A stretch of 15,100 nt of DNA, from IMG/VR virus record IMGVR_UViG_3300015174_000024. One strand, 5' to 3'. This document shows positions 13,883-15,100 of the stretch, one piece after another. The translations under genes were made by a program, and so were the position numbers. Positions within the stretch are counted from its first letter, which is position 1. Each line of letters opens with the position of its first letter. Source of the stretch: a virus (Duplodnaviria > Heunggongvirae > Uroviricota > Caudoviricetes). A model generated the notes under the pieces. It ran no database searches, was not told the origin of the DNA, and worked only from the letters and a program-made list of their open reading frames with translations.

Positions 13883-15100
13883 TTATTTTCTTCTGGCTAC
13901 TGGTAGCGTGGTTACGTTTTCATGTGTTCCCGCCAGTATCCCTAACCGCTCCGTCCACATATCCAGCGCATTGCGTTTAGCATCCAGATAACGGGAATGA
14001 TTATAAACTCGCTGCATTCCTGGCATCTGGTGGCCTGTAAGCTGCTCCACGACATGCGGATCAACGCCTAAATCGTTCAGCATGGTTGTAAAGGTGCGCC
14101 GGATGTCATGCAGTGACCAGTGAGGATGATTAAGCCTCCTGTGCGCTAATCTTCCATACTGCGATACGCTGGCCTCCTGTTTCACTTCCCCCAGCAATAA
14201 GCCCGTGTGCCTGTTCTGCTCCACCAGCTGCGTGACGAACGGCAGGATCGCTTCCGGTATGGGCCGGAATATTGCGACCTTCGTTTTGCTGTGCTCCTTC
14301 GGAACGGTCCATAGCATTTCCGTAAAATCCCACTCCCCGATCTCCGATAACCTCAGTTCTACCGTTCTGGCTCCGAAGACAATCAGGAGGCGGATTAACG
14401 CGACGTAGTAAGGGGAGAATATTTTTTTGTCCAGTGCCTGCAATAATTCGCCAAGTTCTTTGTTACTTAAGACACGTTCGCTTATATCCGGTTTTTTCCC
14501 AACGTCCGCCACGTTCAGATCGTCCAGAACGTTGCTGATTGCATAGCGCCGCCTACGGCAGAACTTAAGCGCCTGTTTGCACGCCTGTAGCACGAATCCG
14601 GCAGTAACAGGCGTTCGCTTTGCCACCTGGTCAAAACAGGCCAGCCAGTGCCGTAGCTCGCATTTATCCAGCGGCATAGCACCAATCTGCTGTATTACGT
14701 GATTATTAAGTCGCCTTTTCAGGGCGATATAATCCACGCGGTTTTCCTTTACGTAATACTCAAGCCAGTAGGTGAGCGCATCGCCAACCGTTACGGGCTT
14801 TAACGCTTCCTGTACGGTGTAATTCATCTCATGACGTGGATTTTTCCCCTCAGCCAGCCATGTGCGACACTGTGCGGCTTTTTCCCTGGCTGCTTTCAGG
14901 CTCAGATCAGGATAACTTCCCAGCTTAATGCGTTCGGGTCGTGTCTCCCTTCCCGTTCCGGCCCTGTATGTGAAATACCAGGTCAATTTCCCTGATGTTA
15001 AATATTTCACGCTCAGGTTTCCGCCATCACTATAAAACGTGTTTTTCTCCGCTGGCTTACCATGAAGTTTCCTTAGCAAGGTATCGCTCAGTTTGTTCAT
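13883..15100 (-). CDS. int: tyrosine integrase, P4-like with N-terminal arm-binding domain
   Basis: 405 aa; HDIRRTF, LTGHQ and C-terminal VYNHSRY catalytic-Tyr motifs; the ATG is the last 3 nt of the window. Confidence 0.9.
   Translation of the reverse strand: MNKLSDTLLRKLHGKPAEKNTFYSDGGNLSVKYLTSGKLTWYFTYRAGTGRETRPERIKLGSYPDLSLKAAREKAAQCRTWLAEGKNPRHEMNYTVQEALKPVTVGDALTYWLEYYVKENRVDYIALKRRLNNHVIQQIGAMPLDKCELRHWLACFDQVAKRTPVTAGFVLQACKQALKFCRRRRYAISNVLDDLNVADVGKKPDISERVLSNKELGELLQALDKKIFSPYYVALIRLLIVFGARTVELRLSEIGEWDFTEMLWTVPKEHSKTKVAIFRPIPEAILPFVTQLVEQNRHTGLLLGEVKQEASVSQYGRLAHRRLNHPHWSLHDIRRTFTTMLNDLGVDPHVVEQLTGHQMPGMQRVYNHSRYLDAKRNALDMWTERLGILAGTHENVTTLPVARRK

Overview
This 15.1 kb window is almost entirely one integrated mobile element from an E. 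coli-like chromosome: a phage satellite of the capsid-encoding, phage-inducible chromosomal island type (cf-PICI-like). It starts at a junction near nt 138 inside what I recognise from memory as the 5' end of tqsA, and runs to the integrase start codon at nt 15100; the integrase-proximal att lies outside the window. All but two genes are on the minus strand, in this transcription order: P4-type tyrosine integrase, AlpA-family regulator, a divergent operator region with a ribbon-helix-helix-like gene on the plus strand, six tightly coupled small ORFs of unknown function, primase/helicase, an iteron-rich candidate origin, small ORF / SSB / PerC-like regulator, then a complete HK97-type head module (major capsid, prohead protease, portal, head closure, head-tail connector, HNH, terS, terL) and a terminal hypothetical. 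No tail, tail-fibre, tape-measure or lysis genes are present, so the element looks able to build and fill its own capsid but must borrow tails and lysis from a helper phage. Noncoding DNA carries 10-bp-phased GAACAA direct repeats at three loci, a palindromic operator, a terminator-like hairpin abutting the capsid start codon, and a roughly 700 bp ORF-free region full of short palindromes at the left end. All protein calls are by reading the supplied translations for family motifs; nothing was database-searched.
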